From the NCBI GenBank assembly GCA_005223125.1, contig NJBH01000013.1:1-64000 (forward strand): a DNA stretch of 64,000 nt. The letters run 5' to 3'. A program made the translations under genes and the position numbers. The first letter of the stretch is position 1. Each line of letters starts with the position of its first letter. The notes under the pieces are model-generated. The model saw only the letters and a program-made list of their open reading frames with translations. It ran no database searches and was not told the DNA's origin. Shown in pieces: positions 50,398 through 60,346 of the stretch. Source of the stretch: Promethearchaeota archaeon Loki_b32 (GTDB lineage Archaea > Asgardarchaeota > Lokiarchaeia > Sigyniarchaeales > SOKP01).

Positions 50398-53060
50398 TAC
50401 TTGATGTTTTCTATTAAAGCTGGTATCTTTTTAATCTCTCTTACATAATTCTCTTCTAGTTTGGAAATTCCTTCTGCAATATTTTTAATACTTTCCAAAC
50501 TATAGATTAGATTCTCTAAATAATCTATCAGATCTCCCTTAAACACTAATATCTTATATTCTTCAATCAAATAATTAGCAATTTCTTCAATAGTCATATT
50601 TTCTTTTACACGTAAATTAACAATTAACTTTTCCAGGTTTAATCGCCCACAATCGCAGTAAGGATTGTCTTTACAGTTACAATTAAATATATCACCGGTT
50701 AATTTCATAATAAAGTCTATAAAATCACGCGAGAATGTCTTTCTTTTCTTAACATAGTCAGCATTCATTAAAGATAACACACTGGCACTGAATAAATTGT
50801 TTGAAAAGTATTTCATATTGACATTCTTTGATAAATCAGCAACTAAATTTTTTGATAAATAAACATTTCTGAGAAATTCTAAGTTTAAAGCTATATCTAT
50901 AGGGGATTCTAATTTATTTTGCATTTTTTTAATTATCTCAAAACTTTCATCAACGCTTAAAAAAGAATTAGCAATTGCTCTTCCTAAACGAGTTGCTTTT
51001 ATTGTTAAATTTTCCTTTATCCGTATTAAATTAAAAGATATTAATTTCTTCAAAACTTCTTCCAGATCAAAATGATCATTAATTAAATGGTTATAAAATT
51101 CAAAGATAATTTCTTTCCCAATCCACTGAGTAAACATAGAAATAAAAGCAAGAATTTCTGTTTGAGATTTGTCTTGATCAGGAATGAGCTCATAATCTTT
51201 AAATTTTCCATTCAATAATTTTATTGCAATATTTTCTTCAGTAATTTTCATTTTAGGAGAATATACCTTTCCCGGCTCTACAAGGATATATGCTAAACCC
51301 TTTTCATGTTTCCCCAACCTACCAGCACGTCCTAACATCTGTTCAAATTCTGCAACTGATAACCAGTTTATACCCATTGCTAAAGATTCGAAAATTACTT
51401 GGCGAGCTGGAAGATCTACTCCCGCTGCTAAAGCTGCAGTCGCTACAACGCCTGTTATTTTTTGAGATTTAAATTTTTCTTCAACAGTTTTTCTTTCTTC
51501 ATTTGTTAAACCTGAATGATATGCTGCCACATTGATCCCTTTCTTTTGTAAGTATGATGATATTGATTCACACTTTTTTCGAGTATTTGTAAATGCTATC
51601 GTTTGCCCCTTAAATCCATATTTTGACTTCGTAGAAAAAGCAGCTCTTATTAATTTTGAAATATACTTTTGTTTTTGAGCTTCACTTAAGCATAATAATA
51701 AATGGCGCTCAACAGGAACTGGGCGATTATTATACTTAATTAATTGACAATCTAATTTTTTTGCTAATAATTCTGGTTCTCCTAGAGTTGCACTTAAATA
51801 TAGGAATTGAGAATCAAATTGAGTTTTTAATCTAGCTATTAACCCATCTAATATGAAACCACGTTCGGGATCAATCAATGTTTGAATTTCATCAATAATT
51901 ATTGTACCAACATCCCCTAAGAGCACTTTATTCCCACTTCTTAAAATATAATCAATTGCTTCATAAGTTGCTATAATGACGTGAGCATTAGCTAAGTCTT
52001 TGATATTATCTTTTTGTTGCTTTCCAAATAATGATTCTCCAACTCTCTTGATGACTTTCAATTTAATTTTTTTATATTTTTCTTTAAATTCTTCTGTCCT
52101 TATATTTGCTAATGCCACAATTGGCACTAAATATAGCATTTTAGCATTCCTTTCCTCCAAAACTTTTGATATACCTGCCAACTCCCCAACTAATGTTTTA
52201 CCCCCGCTTGTTGGAGCCATTATTAATTGATTACATCGTTCCGTTAATAAACCTTTTTCTATTGAGATTGTTTGGATTGGCAATAGAATAAATAAATTGA
52301 GCTCTTTCAATATATCAATAAACTCTGGTGGAATCCCTACATTTTCTATTTTTTGATTAAGATATTTCTTACTTATTGAAGGTGTTTTTTCGATATCATA
52401 AAGTGTGATCTCTCTATTGGCTACGGGATTAAAATCTGGCTTAAATACCTCTAATACTTTCTTAATATCTTTAAATTTGAGGATTAAATGCATTAAAAAA
52501 TTTTTTAATTTAGGACTGATTCTCTCTTGAGAAATTAAGCCCGTAAGCTTAATTCTATTTATAACAATATCAAAAGCACATTCAGAACAAATAGTTTGAT
52601 TTTTTAATGATTTAATTTGAAGATTCTCATTTATTAATGTAAACTTTTTTTTATCTAAACATGAATCGCATATAGTTAAATTTATTATTTTATCTGGATC
52701 ATATTGAAAACTACTTAACATTTCTCTAACTGGTAATATATCCTCAGATGAAGTTTGACTTGAAAAAGCAATAAATTTGTTTTCATTTGAAAGAATAAAT
52801 TTCCTAAGTAAATGTGGATTAATTGGTTGTATACTTCCGTCTTTCTCTATTTTATTGAAATTGAGAGGTCTCATTTTATTTTTAAAATCTAATCCTAATA
52901 TTACGGTTCCCCTAAAGAATGGTTCATTTACATATGTAAAAGTGAATCTTTTTTTCTTAAATGATTTAAGGTAAAAGAAATTAACATTGAAAAGCAATTC
53001 TTTTTTATGTACACGATTTCTATCCAAAACAATGAAATAAGATCTTGAGGGAACACTCAA
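50394..53060 (-). CDS. Archaeal SF2 DEAD/DEAH helicase (COG1202/DUF5814-like)
   Basis: PTSGGKTLVGE, DEIQ, SAT, YHSGL, ALAAGVDLPA, QMLGRAGR, CNCKDNPYCDCG. Confidence 0.9.
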   Translation of the reverse strand: MSVPSRSYFIVLDRNRVHKKELLFNVNFFYLKSFKKKRFTFTYVNEPFFRGTVILGLDFKNKMRPLNFNKIEKDGSIQPINPHLLRKFILSNENKFIAFSSQTSSEDILPVREMLSSFQYDPDKIINLTICDSCLDKKKFTLINENLQIKSLKNQTICSECAFDIVINRIKLTGLISQERISPKLKNFLMHLILKFKDIKKVLEVFKPDFNPVANREITLYDIEKTPSISKKYLNQKIENVGIPPEFIDILKELNLFILLPIQTISIEKGLLTERCNQLIMAPTSGGKTLVGELAGISKVLEERNAKMLYLVPIVALANIRTEEFKEKYKKIKLKVIKRVGESLFGKQQKDNIKDLANAHVIIATYEAIDYILRSGNKVLLGDVGTIIIDEIQTLIDPERGFILDGLIARLKTQFDSQFLYLSATLGEPELLAKKLDCQLIKYNNRPVPVERHLLLCLSEAQKQKYISKLIRAAFSTKSKYGFKGQTIAFTNTRKKCESISSYLQKKGINVAAYHSGLTNEERKTVEEKFKSQKITGVVATAALAAGVDLPARQVIFESLAMGINWLSVAEFEQMLGRAGRLGKHEKGLAYILVEPGKVYSPKMKITEENIAIKLLNGKFKDYELIPDQDKSQTEILAFISMFTQWIGKEIIFEFYNHLINDHFDLEEVLKKLISFNLIRIKENLTIKATRLGRAIANSFLSVDESFEIIKKMQNKLESPIDIALNLEFLRNVYLSKNLVADLSKNVNMKYFSNNLFSASVLSLMNADYVKKRKTFSRDFIDFIMKLTGDIFNCNCKDNPYCDCGRLNLEKLIVNLRVKENMTIEEIANYLIEEYKILVFKGDLIDYLENLIYSLESIKNIAEGISKLEENYVREIKKIPALIENIKY

Positions 53061-53189
53061 TTTGAAACCTTTTATGGATAATAATAAATTAGAATGAAAA
53101 CTAACAATTCAATTTTTCTATAATCTAAAAAAACCTGAAATTATTTGAGTGTAAATACAGAATTAAGATAATAAAAAAGAAATTAAAAA

Positions 53190-53351
53190 TTAAAACCCAA
53201 AAACTTGTTTAATTTTATCATAAACTTCTTTAATTTGTCTAAGTTTAGCCTCATCGCCTTGATTTATAAAATGGGAGATCCAATCGGCTAAACCATTATT
53301 TTTAATCCATTCAAGGAAATATTCAACTGATTGACGTTCCTCAGCAGACAT
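53190..53351 (-). CDS. 53-aa small protein absent from the ORF track
   Basis: MSAEERQSVEYFLEWIKNNGLADWISHFINQGDEAKLRQIKEVYDKIKQVFGF; coding-like island in AT-rich intergenic DNA. Confidence 0.65.
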   Translation of the reverse strand: MSAEERQSVEYFLEWIKNNGLADWISHFINQGDEAKLRQIKEVYDKIKQVFGF

Positions 53352-53502
53352 TTTTCTTTCTACTTTTATCTTTTGTATGTTATTGTTTTTTATTTTCTTC
53401 TATATAAAAATTATAAATCATTCTATTTTATATTTTTATAATTCTAAAACAATTAAATAAAGTTAGTGAAATTTATAATTAAATTTTATAAGTGAAAATA
53501 AA

Positions 53503-54459
53503 ATGTCGACGAGGATAAAAACACCCAATCTTGATGAGATATGGTTAAGATGGAAGCAAAAATCTGCAAGAACTGATAAAAAAAAGATGGAAAAACAATT
53601 TGGAACGAAAGGAGCAGTTTTCTCTTTAGATGCGATAAGTGCTGCAGAATATGTTAAAGATACAATGAAAGAAGCAGCTATCTATTTCGCTGTTAAAAGA
53701 TCTCTTGGTCCTGCACCTACAGGGAAAGAGGAAAATTTAGTTACAGTACCCAGGGTAGGTAGAGAACAATATTATTCTTTTAAAGGAGCAGGAAAAATTG
53801 ATAAAGAAAACTGGAAGGGTGATGAAAAAGTACCTCACTTTGAGTCAATTAAAGCTGTTCCTTGTAAAAATTGTAGAGGGAAAGGATATATTGAAGATAA
53901 ATGTAAAACATGTAAAGGAACTGGTAAAATTGAGGAAACCTTTACAGTGTTAGTAGGAGAAGAGCAAAATAAAGAAAAGAAACCCTTTTCCTATTCCTGT
54001 GCAGTTTGTTATGGGACTGGAAATAGATCAGAACCATGTAAAGAGTGCGGAGGTCATAAAAATATGTATAAATATGACATTCTTCCTGTACCCTTTAAAA
54101 CTGTAGTAACAGGAATCCCAATTTTACACAGTAGTGCTCAAACAAAATATGAAAAGGAAATCGGAGATGACCTTCATAAAATGATTGAAGATGTCGAAGG
54201 AATAAAGTTCAGCGAGTTTAAAGAATTAGAATCGAAAGCAGAAGCTTCATTAGGATATATGAACAAAAATATTAGTAAAACGATTGGAGCCGCGAGAAAC
54301 GATTACAAAAAACATGAAAAAGATAAAGAAGCTCAAATTACCTCGCAAATTTACTTGTTTCCGATGATCCAAATGATGGCGACTACTAAACGAGGAATGA
54401 AGTTTGAAATCTACAGTCTCGGCTCGGGCAATAAGTTCATGGTATTTTCTAATTTCTAA
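53503..54459 (+). CDS. DnaJ-type CxxCxGxG zinc-finger protein without J domain (SSUH2-like)
   Basis: VPH...CKNCRGKG, CKTCKGTG, CAVCYGTG, CKECGG; no HPD motif. Confidence 0.75.
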   Translation: MSTRIKTPNLDEIWLRWKQKSARTDKKKMEKQFGTKGAVFSLDAISAAEYVKDTMKEAAIYFAVKRSLGPAPTGKEENLVTVPRVGREQYYSFKGAGKIDKENWKGDEKVPHFESIKAVPCKNCRGKGYIEDKCKTCKGTGKIEETFTVLVGEEQNKEKKPFSYSCAVCYGTGNRSEPCKECGGHKNMYKYDILPVPFKTVVTGIPILHSSAQTKYEKEIGDDLHKMIEDVEGIKFSEFKELESKAEASLGYMNKNISKTIGAARNDYKKHEKDKEAQITSQIYLFPMIQMMATTKRGMKFEIYSLGSGNKFMVFSNF

Positions 54460-54630
54460 TTTATATTTTTCTTTAACAAAGGGTAATAGACTAATTTTGC
54501 TTTAAAATACCTTTCTATTTCTATAAAAACTTTGTTCAGAATGACTTTTAATGCAATTTGATTAAAATAATTCTCTCTTACTCTATCCTTCAATCTAAAT
54601 ATTCAAATATTAGAAGAGATAATTATATGT

Positions 54631-54666
54631 AAGTTTCAACTTATATATAAGTTCAAACTTATATAT
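54631..54666. promoter_or_regulatory. Palindromic/direct-repeat site upstream of the ECF S-component gene
   Basis: AAGTTTCAACTTATATATAAGTTCAAACTTATATAT; perfect core AACTTATATATAAGTT. Confidence 0.5.
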
Positions 54667-54676
54667 TTTAAGTGGA

Positions 54677-55315
54677 ATGAAAATGATGAAAGATAATAAA
54701 ATAGTGAAAGAAAAAAGGTCTTTTGGAGGAAAAAGTCTATTTGGTTATTTCATACCTGATAATGCATTAGTAATTTCGGTAATAGGTATTTTTATAGCTT
54801 TAAATTTTATAGTAACCTATTGGATTCAAATTCCTGTTCCTGCTACTGGAGGATACATTAATATTGGAGATCTTACAGTAATGTTTACGGCTCTTTTATT
54901 TGGACCCATTATAGGAGGTATTGCAGGTGGCGTGGGGCCCATGCTAGCAGATATATTTTCTCCTTGGGTAATTTATGCTCCTGCTACTCTAGTTATTAAA
55001 GGTATCGAGGGATTTTTAATTGGATTTATTGCTAATCCAAAAGATTGTGAAGGGAGAGTTTCTTATCGTGATATAATTGCTGTTTTATTTGGTGGAATTT
55101 TAATACCTTTTGGGTATTTCATCTATGAAGCTTTCATAATCAAGCTTGGAACTGCCGTAGCCTTGGTTGAGATGCCAGGTAACTTTTTTCAATTTGGGTT
55201 TGCTGCGATAGGTTCAATTTTACTTATAATTCTTTCAAGAGAAAACATAATTGAAGCTTTACCACAGGTTTTTAATAAAGTATTTATTCCAATTGAAACC
55301 GAAAATGTTGAATAA
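54677..55315 (+). CDS. ECF transporter S component
   Basis: IPVPATGGYINIGD, LFGP, LADI, APATLVIKGIEG. Confidence 0.88.
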   Translation: MKMMKDNKIVKEKRSFGGKSLFGYFIPDNALVISVIGIFIALNFIVTYWIQIPVPATGGYINIGDLTVMFTALLFGPIIGGIAGGVGPMLADIFSPWVIYAPATLVIKGIEGFLIGFIANPKDCEGRVSYRDIIAVLFGGILIPFGYFIYEAFIIKLGTAVALVEMPGNFFQFGFAAIGSILLIILSRENIIEALPQVFNKVFIPIETENVE

Positions 55316-55322
55316 ACTTATC

Positions 55323-56759
55323 TCAAATTAATGTAATTAATACATCTAGAGCATCTAAAACCTTTTTACCACTTTCAGTTATAAAATACAACACATTTTT
55401 TCCTTCTTTTTTTCGAGAAATCAATCCTTTCGATTCTAATTCTTTTAAGTGCTGATATATTGCTGCTAAACTTATAGTTCCCATAATTTCTTGAATTTTA
55501 GTGCCACTAATTCCCTTAATACTTGATATCGAAATTAGAGATAAAATTTTCAATTTTGTGATTATAATCGAACCTTTACCAGTTGTTTTAGTTTGAGATG
55601 AAATTGCTTCTAATACATATGGTGCTTTCAATCCACTTCCCGTTATTAAACATACAATCTTTTCATTAATATCAAAAGAATTTTTTTCATTTAACGATTG
55701 AATTGCTGCTATTGTTAAAGCAGAGGCTGGTTCAGCAAAGATTCCTTCGTGTCTTATAAGCTTATCAATTGAATTTAAAATTTTATCTTCTGGAATTGCT
55801 ATAACAGTACCTTCACTCTCTCTAATACATTTTATTGCCAAATCTTTATATAAAGGATTTTTTACTAATATCCCCAAGGCGAGTGACTTTTGGATACCTT
55901 GGTTCTTTCTTTCAATTTTATCTTTTCTTAGGAATTCATCTACAATCGGAGATAATGCTTGAGATTGTACCCCCACTAATTTTGGAACATTTTTTATGAC
56001 CTTAGCATTTTGAAGTTCATAAAAACCTTTCCATAAACTTACTAATAATTCTCCACTACCCATAGGAATTAAAATCCAACTTGGATCTTCAACTTGATTT
56101 ATAATTTCATAAGCAATGGTTTTTTGGGCTTCAAGAGTAAGTGGATTTAAGTCAGGAGTCCCTTGATAAAAATCATCAATATTTTTTCGTTTTAAAACAT
56201 CTTTAATAGCATCATCGACAGTTTCTCCAATTACTTCTAATTTAGAATTGTAAGCAATCATTTGAGCTTTTTTCCCAACATCAATTATTCTTGGAATAAT
56301 ATTCAAACAATTCATTCCTTCAACAGAACTATAAGCCGCTAAAGAAGCACCTTGATTACCATTTGAAGCACAAATAATTTTTTGAAAATCCCAACTTCTC
56401 GCATGGGACGTTAATAATGCAGCGGCACGATCCTTGAAAGAATTTGTAGGATTTTGAGTTTCATCTTTAAAAAAAAGGTATTTTAATCCTAATTTTTCTC
56501 CAAATTTATTTGAAATTCTACACGGGCTTCCACCTTCTCCTAATGAAACAATAAAATCATCCTTTATTTTAGGCAGCGCGAATTTGTAATCCCAAAACTT
56601 TTTACTATCTTTAATTTTAGAGAATTCCCGGCTAAGATTTTCTATATTAAGTTCGAACCATAATAACCCATTACATTCAGGACATTTATGTTGAATAGAG
56701 GTAAATTCATACTTTTTCTTACAATTAGTACAAGACAGAATCAGTGGTTTTTTAATAAT
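55323..56759 (-). CDS. thrC: Threonine synthase with N-terminal zinc finger and C-terminal ArsR-like wHTH; non-canonical start (ATT 56759 or 56756)
   Basis: Frame extends 148 codons upstream of ATG 56315 through CTNC..CPEC, SLGEGGSP, KDETQNPTNSFKDR and ASNGNQGASLAAY. GAGGT at 56770-56766. Confidence 0.88.
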   Translation of the reverse strand: MIKKPLILSCTNCKKKYEFTSIQHKCPECNGLLWFELNIENLSREFSKIKDSKKFWDYKFALPKIKDDFIVSLGEGGSPCRISNKFGEKLGLKYLFFKDETQNPTNSFKDRAAALLTSHARSWDFQKIICASNGNQGASLAAYSSVEGMNCLNIIPRIIDVGKKAQMIAYNSKLEVIGETVDDAIKDVLKRKNIDDFYQGTPDLNPLTLEAQKTIAYEIINQVEDPSWILIPMGSGELLVSLWKGFYELQNAKVIKNVPKLVGVQSQALSPIVDEFLRKDKIERKNQGIQKSLALGILVKNPLYKDLAIKCIRESEGTVIAIPEDKILNSIDKLIRHEGIFAEPASALTIAAIQSLNEKNSFDINEKIVCLITGSGLKAPYVLEAISSQTKTTGKGSIIITKLKILSLISISSIKGISGTKIQEIMGTISLAAIYQHLKELESKGLISRKKEGKNVLYFITESGKKVLDALDVLITLI

Positions 56760-56883
56760 GAAATAACCTCTAAGATAGATATTAATTTTAATTTATTCAT
56801 TAATTGGTTTTTCTTATTATTAAGTCCTTTTAACAAACTCTTTTCTTGTGAGAGAGAACTTTATTTTATTTAATTTTAATAAT

Positions 56884-56901
56884 TTTACGATGCATCGTAA
56901 A
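56884..56901. promoter_or_regulatory. Perfect 18-bp palindrome, candidate DtxR-family operator
   Basis: TTTACGATGCATCGTAAA, about 60 nt upstream of the ZIP-DtxR pair. Confidence 0.75.
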
Positions 56902-56960
56902 TTTTATATTCATGATAACACTAAGTAAAACAATTTAAAATTTTAATAAAGTGATTAAAA

Positions 56961-57716
56961 ATTCTTCTGTGGATAATATTTTTTAGTATTTTAGGAAGTG
57001 TAGGAGCAATTACTGCAGCTGGAAGTTTTATGTTTTTAAATGAGAAATCTCAAAAGAGCCTTATACCCCTTTTAATTGCATTTGCTACAGGCGTTCTCCT
57101 CACGGCAGCATTTTTAGGATTAATTCCAGAAGCAGTTGAAAAAGCTGGCGAACCTCATATTATTATGCCTTATATATTAGGAGGTATCCTTTTCTTCTTT
57201 ATAATGGAAAAGGTTGTTATTTGGAGAAATTGCCGCGATAAAACCTGTGAGGTTCATTCAAATGCATCTGGACCAATTATCCTTCTGGGGGATTCTTTAC
57301 ATAATTTAACAGATGGTATAGTTATAGCTGCGGCCTTTTTATCTGGATTAAATCTTGGAATTGTAGCAGGATTTACTATTATATTTCATGAACTAGCACA
57401 TGAAACTGGAGATTTTGGAGTCCTTTTACATTCAGGATATTCAAAAAAGAAAGCTTTTATTTATAATATGGTCTCTAGTTCAACCACAATACCGGCTTCG
57501 ATTATTTCTTATTTCCTTTTAGATTCGATGGAATTTGCCGTACCATTTTTACTGGCAATTTCCGCTTCAAGCTTTATATACATTGCTCTCTCAGATTTAA
57601 CCCCAGATCTCCATCAACACACAGAAATTAAATATATTCTGAAGCAGATAGCTTTTATTATAATTGGAATTGTCTTGATGGCGCTAATATTATCACTAGG
57701 AGGCCATCAACATTAA
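56961..57716 (+). CDS. ZIP family metal transporter; probable ATT start (251 aa)
   Basis: FATGVLL, GDSLHNLTDG, FHELAHETGDF, FIYIALSDL. The first TM helix (ILLWIIFFSILGSVGAITAAG) lies upstream of ATG 57030; in-frame TGA at 56952-56954; AGTGAT 5 nt before ATT. Confidence 0.88.
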   Translation: MLLWIIFFSILGSVGAITAAGSFMFLNEKSQKSLIPLLIAFATGVLLTAAFLGLIPEAVEKAGEPHIIMPYILGGILFFFIMEKVVIWRNCRDKTCEVHSNASGPIILLGDSLHNLTDGIVIAAAFLSGLNLGIVAGFTIIFHELAHETGDFGVLLHSGYSKKKAFIYNMVSSSTTIPASIISYFLLDSMEFAVPFLLAISASSFIYIALSDLTPDLHQHTEIKYILKQIAFIIIGIVLMALILSLGGHQH

Positions 57717-57767
57717 ATACTATTTTTTTATAACAACCTATAGATTTAAAATTAATATAGATTAAAA

Positions 57768-58181
57768 ATGTTAGATTTAGATTATAAAACTATAAAAGTC
57801 TTATATCGTCAAAATGATTTGAAAGTTGGGACAATAGCAAAAAAACTTGAGTTGCCCCATTCTACAGTTGGAAGTTGCATAAAAAGATTAGAAAATAAAG
57901 GATATGTGATTTATCATCGTTATAAACCAGTTTTATTATCCATTAAAGGAAGGGAACTCGCAATTGAGTTAACTCGTCATGCACGACTTCTAGAAATGTT
58001 ATTAATCAATGAGTTCAATCTTAATCCGGTTGATGCTCATTCAGAATGTGAAAAATTCAATTTGCTCTTTTCATGTGAATTAATAAATAAGATATGTCAA
58101 AAATATGACCATCCAAAAAGTTGCCCTTGTGGTGAGAAAATTTTAAGTTCATCAGGTTGTTTATGTGAAAAAGAAATTTAA
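57768..58181 (+). CDS. DtxR/MntR-family metal-dependent repressor
   Basis: IAKKL...STV...IKRLENKGYV.Y.RYK.V.L, RHARLLE, HPKSCPCG. Confidence 0.85.
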   Translation: MLDLDYKTIKVLYRQNDLKVGTIAKKLELPHSTVGSCIKRLENKGYVIYHRYKPVLLSIKGRELAIELTRHARLLEMLLINEFNLNPVDAHSECEKFNLLFSCELINKICQKYDHPKSCPCGEKILSSSGCLCEKEI

Positions 58182-58185
58182 GATC

Positions 58186-58662
58186 TTATTTAATAAGCTT
58201 ATTCGAAGCATAAGCAGCAAGTATTTCTCCATAAAAATAATGATGACTGCTCATATTTGATTTACTAGAATGAATAATTTTACATTCATAGCTTAATATA
58301 GAATCCTTTATAGTAGGAACTGACATTTTTTTTCCTGGAATGGATCCTAAACCTGCTTTTTTAAATTTATCTGTATTCCTTCCTGAGTAAGAACCTGCAA
58401 TATCTATTGCCGAATATATTTTATCTGATGGTATATTAACAGAAAATTCATTCACATCCTCTGTAAGTAATTTATACGTATATCGAGTGTAGGCTACAGT
58501 AGCCCTGATGACGGGTTTACCATCAAATTCCTCAATGCTTTTCCAGTCTAAAGCCATAACATTGGGTTTTCCATTTTTATCCATCGATACCAATAATCCT
58601 GTATTTCTCTTGAAGTGTTCGATATAATCGTATGGTCCAATTTCTTTTCTATTTTCAGCCAT
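58186..58662 (-). CDS. Flavin reductase-like protein (DIM6/NTAB family)
   Basis: GKPNVMA, EFSVNIP, GSYSGRNTDKF, ECK, H.F.GEI. Confidence 0.85.
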   Translation of the reverse strand: MAENRKEIGPYDYIEHFKRNTGLLVSMDKNGKPNVMALDWKSIEEFDGKPVIRATVAYTRYTYKLLTEDVNEFSVNIPSDKIYSAIDIAGSYSGRNTDKFKKAGLGSIPGKKMSVPTIKDSILSYECKIIHSSKSNMSSHHYFYGEILAAYASNKLIK

Positions 58663-58716
58663 ATTTATCAAATCTTCATTTCAATTATTAATTTGAAATT
58701 CTTGTAACTTAAAAAA

Positions 58717-59552
58717 TCAAGGTAAACCTGCACCAGGTACTTCAACTTTAACATATTCTATACTTCCATTTGTTCTTTCTTTGGTTGCTGTACAAATGAA
58801 AAGTATATCTCTATCGGGGCCACCCAACATACATGCAAAAACATCTCTAGTAATTTTAACTTTATGAGTAATTTTACCACCTTCAAGGATACGTACAACT
58901 CTACCTCTTCCTGGAGCAGCAGCCCAAATTGCTCCTTCAGCATCTAAACATATGCCATCAGGTGCTATAGATTTTAGATTAGCCCAAATTCTTCGATCTG
59001 CAAGAGAGCCATTATCCATAATGTTGAAAGCTGTAAGTCTAGTGGCAAATATTTCGGCAACAATAAGAGTCTTATCATCTGGAGTAATAACAGTTCCATT
59101 CGGGAAAGCCATATTATCAGCAACAATCCTGGCATCTCCTTGTGGGTTACGAGAATTATTTCAGCAGGAGCAAAAGGTTTAGTATTGAAATAATCAAAAC
59201 CAAAATTACATATGTAGGCTCTACCTTCTTTATCTACTACCATATCATTCAAGTGGAAGGACGCGAGTCTACTTAAATCGGCTACTTCAGTAAGACCATC
59301 AGGATCAAGACGAAGTAATCGGTGATTTTCCATTGAAGTAACTAATAACCTTCCATCAGGAAGCCATCCCAACCCGGAAGGTCGATTAGGTATTTCTATT
59401 ATTACATCTGAATTACCATTGAGATCAACGGTCATTACCTTATGGGCCTCCATATCAGAAAACCAAAGCTTATCATCATGCCAACGTGGACTCTCTGCAA
59501 AATCTAAACCTTCCAGAAGCATTTTTGTTTCTAAAAATACCATTATTCTCAC
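58717..59552 (-). pseudogene. SMP-30/gluconolactonase family gene split by a 1-nt deletion
   Basis: FAESPRWHD, PSGLGW, NDMVVD in one frame; FPNG, PDGICLDAEG in the next. Adding one base to the G run at 59144-59146 restores VTPQGDARIVADNMAFPNG. Confidence 0.85.
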
Positions 59553-59561
59553 AATTTTTGA

Positions 59562-59801
59562 TTATGGTTCAAATTTTTTGTCATGTATGACTTTATCTAT
59601 TGCCTTTAATGTAGCATCTTCCCAATTATCATCAGGATCGATACTTTCACAGCAATCAGGGCACCAATCTTCAGGATAACCACTATCGAAATCATCACCT
59701 TCCATATCACCATTTAAAGTGCTCCCACAATAAAGGCAGGTACCATTCTCGTAATTTTCGACGATCTCTAAAATTAACTCAATTTTTTTTTTTAAATTCA
59801 T
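59562..59801 (-). CDS. Small acidic zinc-binding hypothetical protein
   Basis: CLYC...CPDC. Confidence 0.65.
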   Translation of the reverse strand: MNLKKKIELILEIVENYENGTCLYCGSTLNGDMEGDDFDSGYPEDWCPDCCESIDPDDNWEDATLKAIDKVIHDKKFEP

Positions 59802-59870
59802 TTTTAGATATGAAGTTTAATTTAAAATATAATAAAATAAGACAAAAAATAATATAAGTATTGCATAAAA

Positions 59871-60203
59871 TTATACAATACACAAACTTACTTCTTTTAA
59901 CCTTTTTTCGGCATCACTTACAATATTATAAATAATATCTTGAACACTATTAATAGAGCTAATTAATCCGATACTTTGACCTAAAAGAACAACTCCATCA
60001 TCAATATTACCTTCATAAGTCATTTCATAATGCTTTTGATCCTCTATTACCATCTTAGGAGTAATTTGAGCCTCTAATGCTATTTTTTCTTCTTTACTTT
60101 TTACAACGCCATGATCTAATGAATACTTATTTTTCCAAAGTCGTATTGGGCCCAAGACTCCAGTAACCCATAATGTGTCGTTTGCCTCTGCAGAAGATTT
60201 CAA
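59871..60203 (-). pseudogene. C-terminal remnant of a nitronate monooxygenase/FabK-like flavoprotein
   Basis: G.IDDG...GQSIGLI..I.SV.DII..IV.DAE.RL C-terminal signature; upstream is AT-rich with a TA run instead of the barrel-coding region. Confidence 0.75.
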
Positions 60204-60346
60204 ATTTTCATTTCTAAATATATATATATAAGAATTCCTATTTTGTTTTTATAAATTAAAAAATTACATATCATACACTTCTATTTTAAAAGCCAGAACA
60301 ATTACTATTGAAGTTTTTTAATAATTTTTTCTAGGCGATTAAATAA

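Noticed and set aside
55323-56759. Cysteate synthase completing a coenzyme M pathway with comDE
   Set aside because: Motifs fit ordinary archaeal ThrC, the gene is ~37 kb from comDE, and no methanogenesis genes are present.
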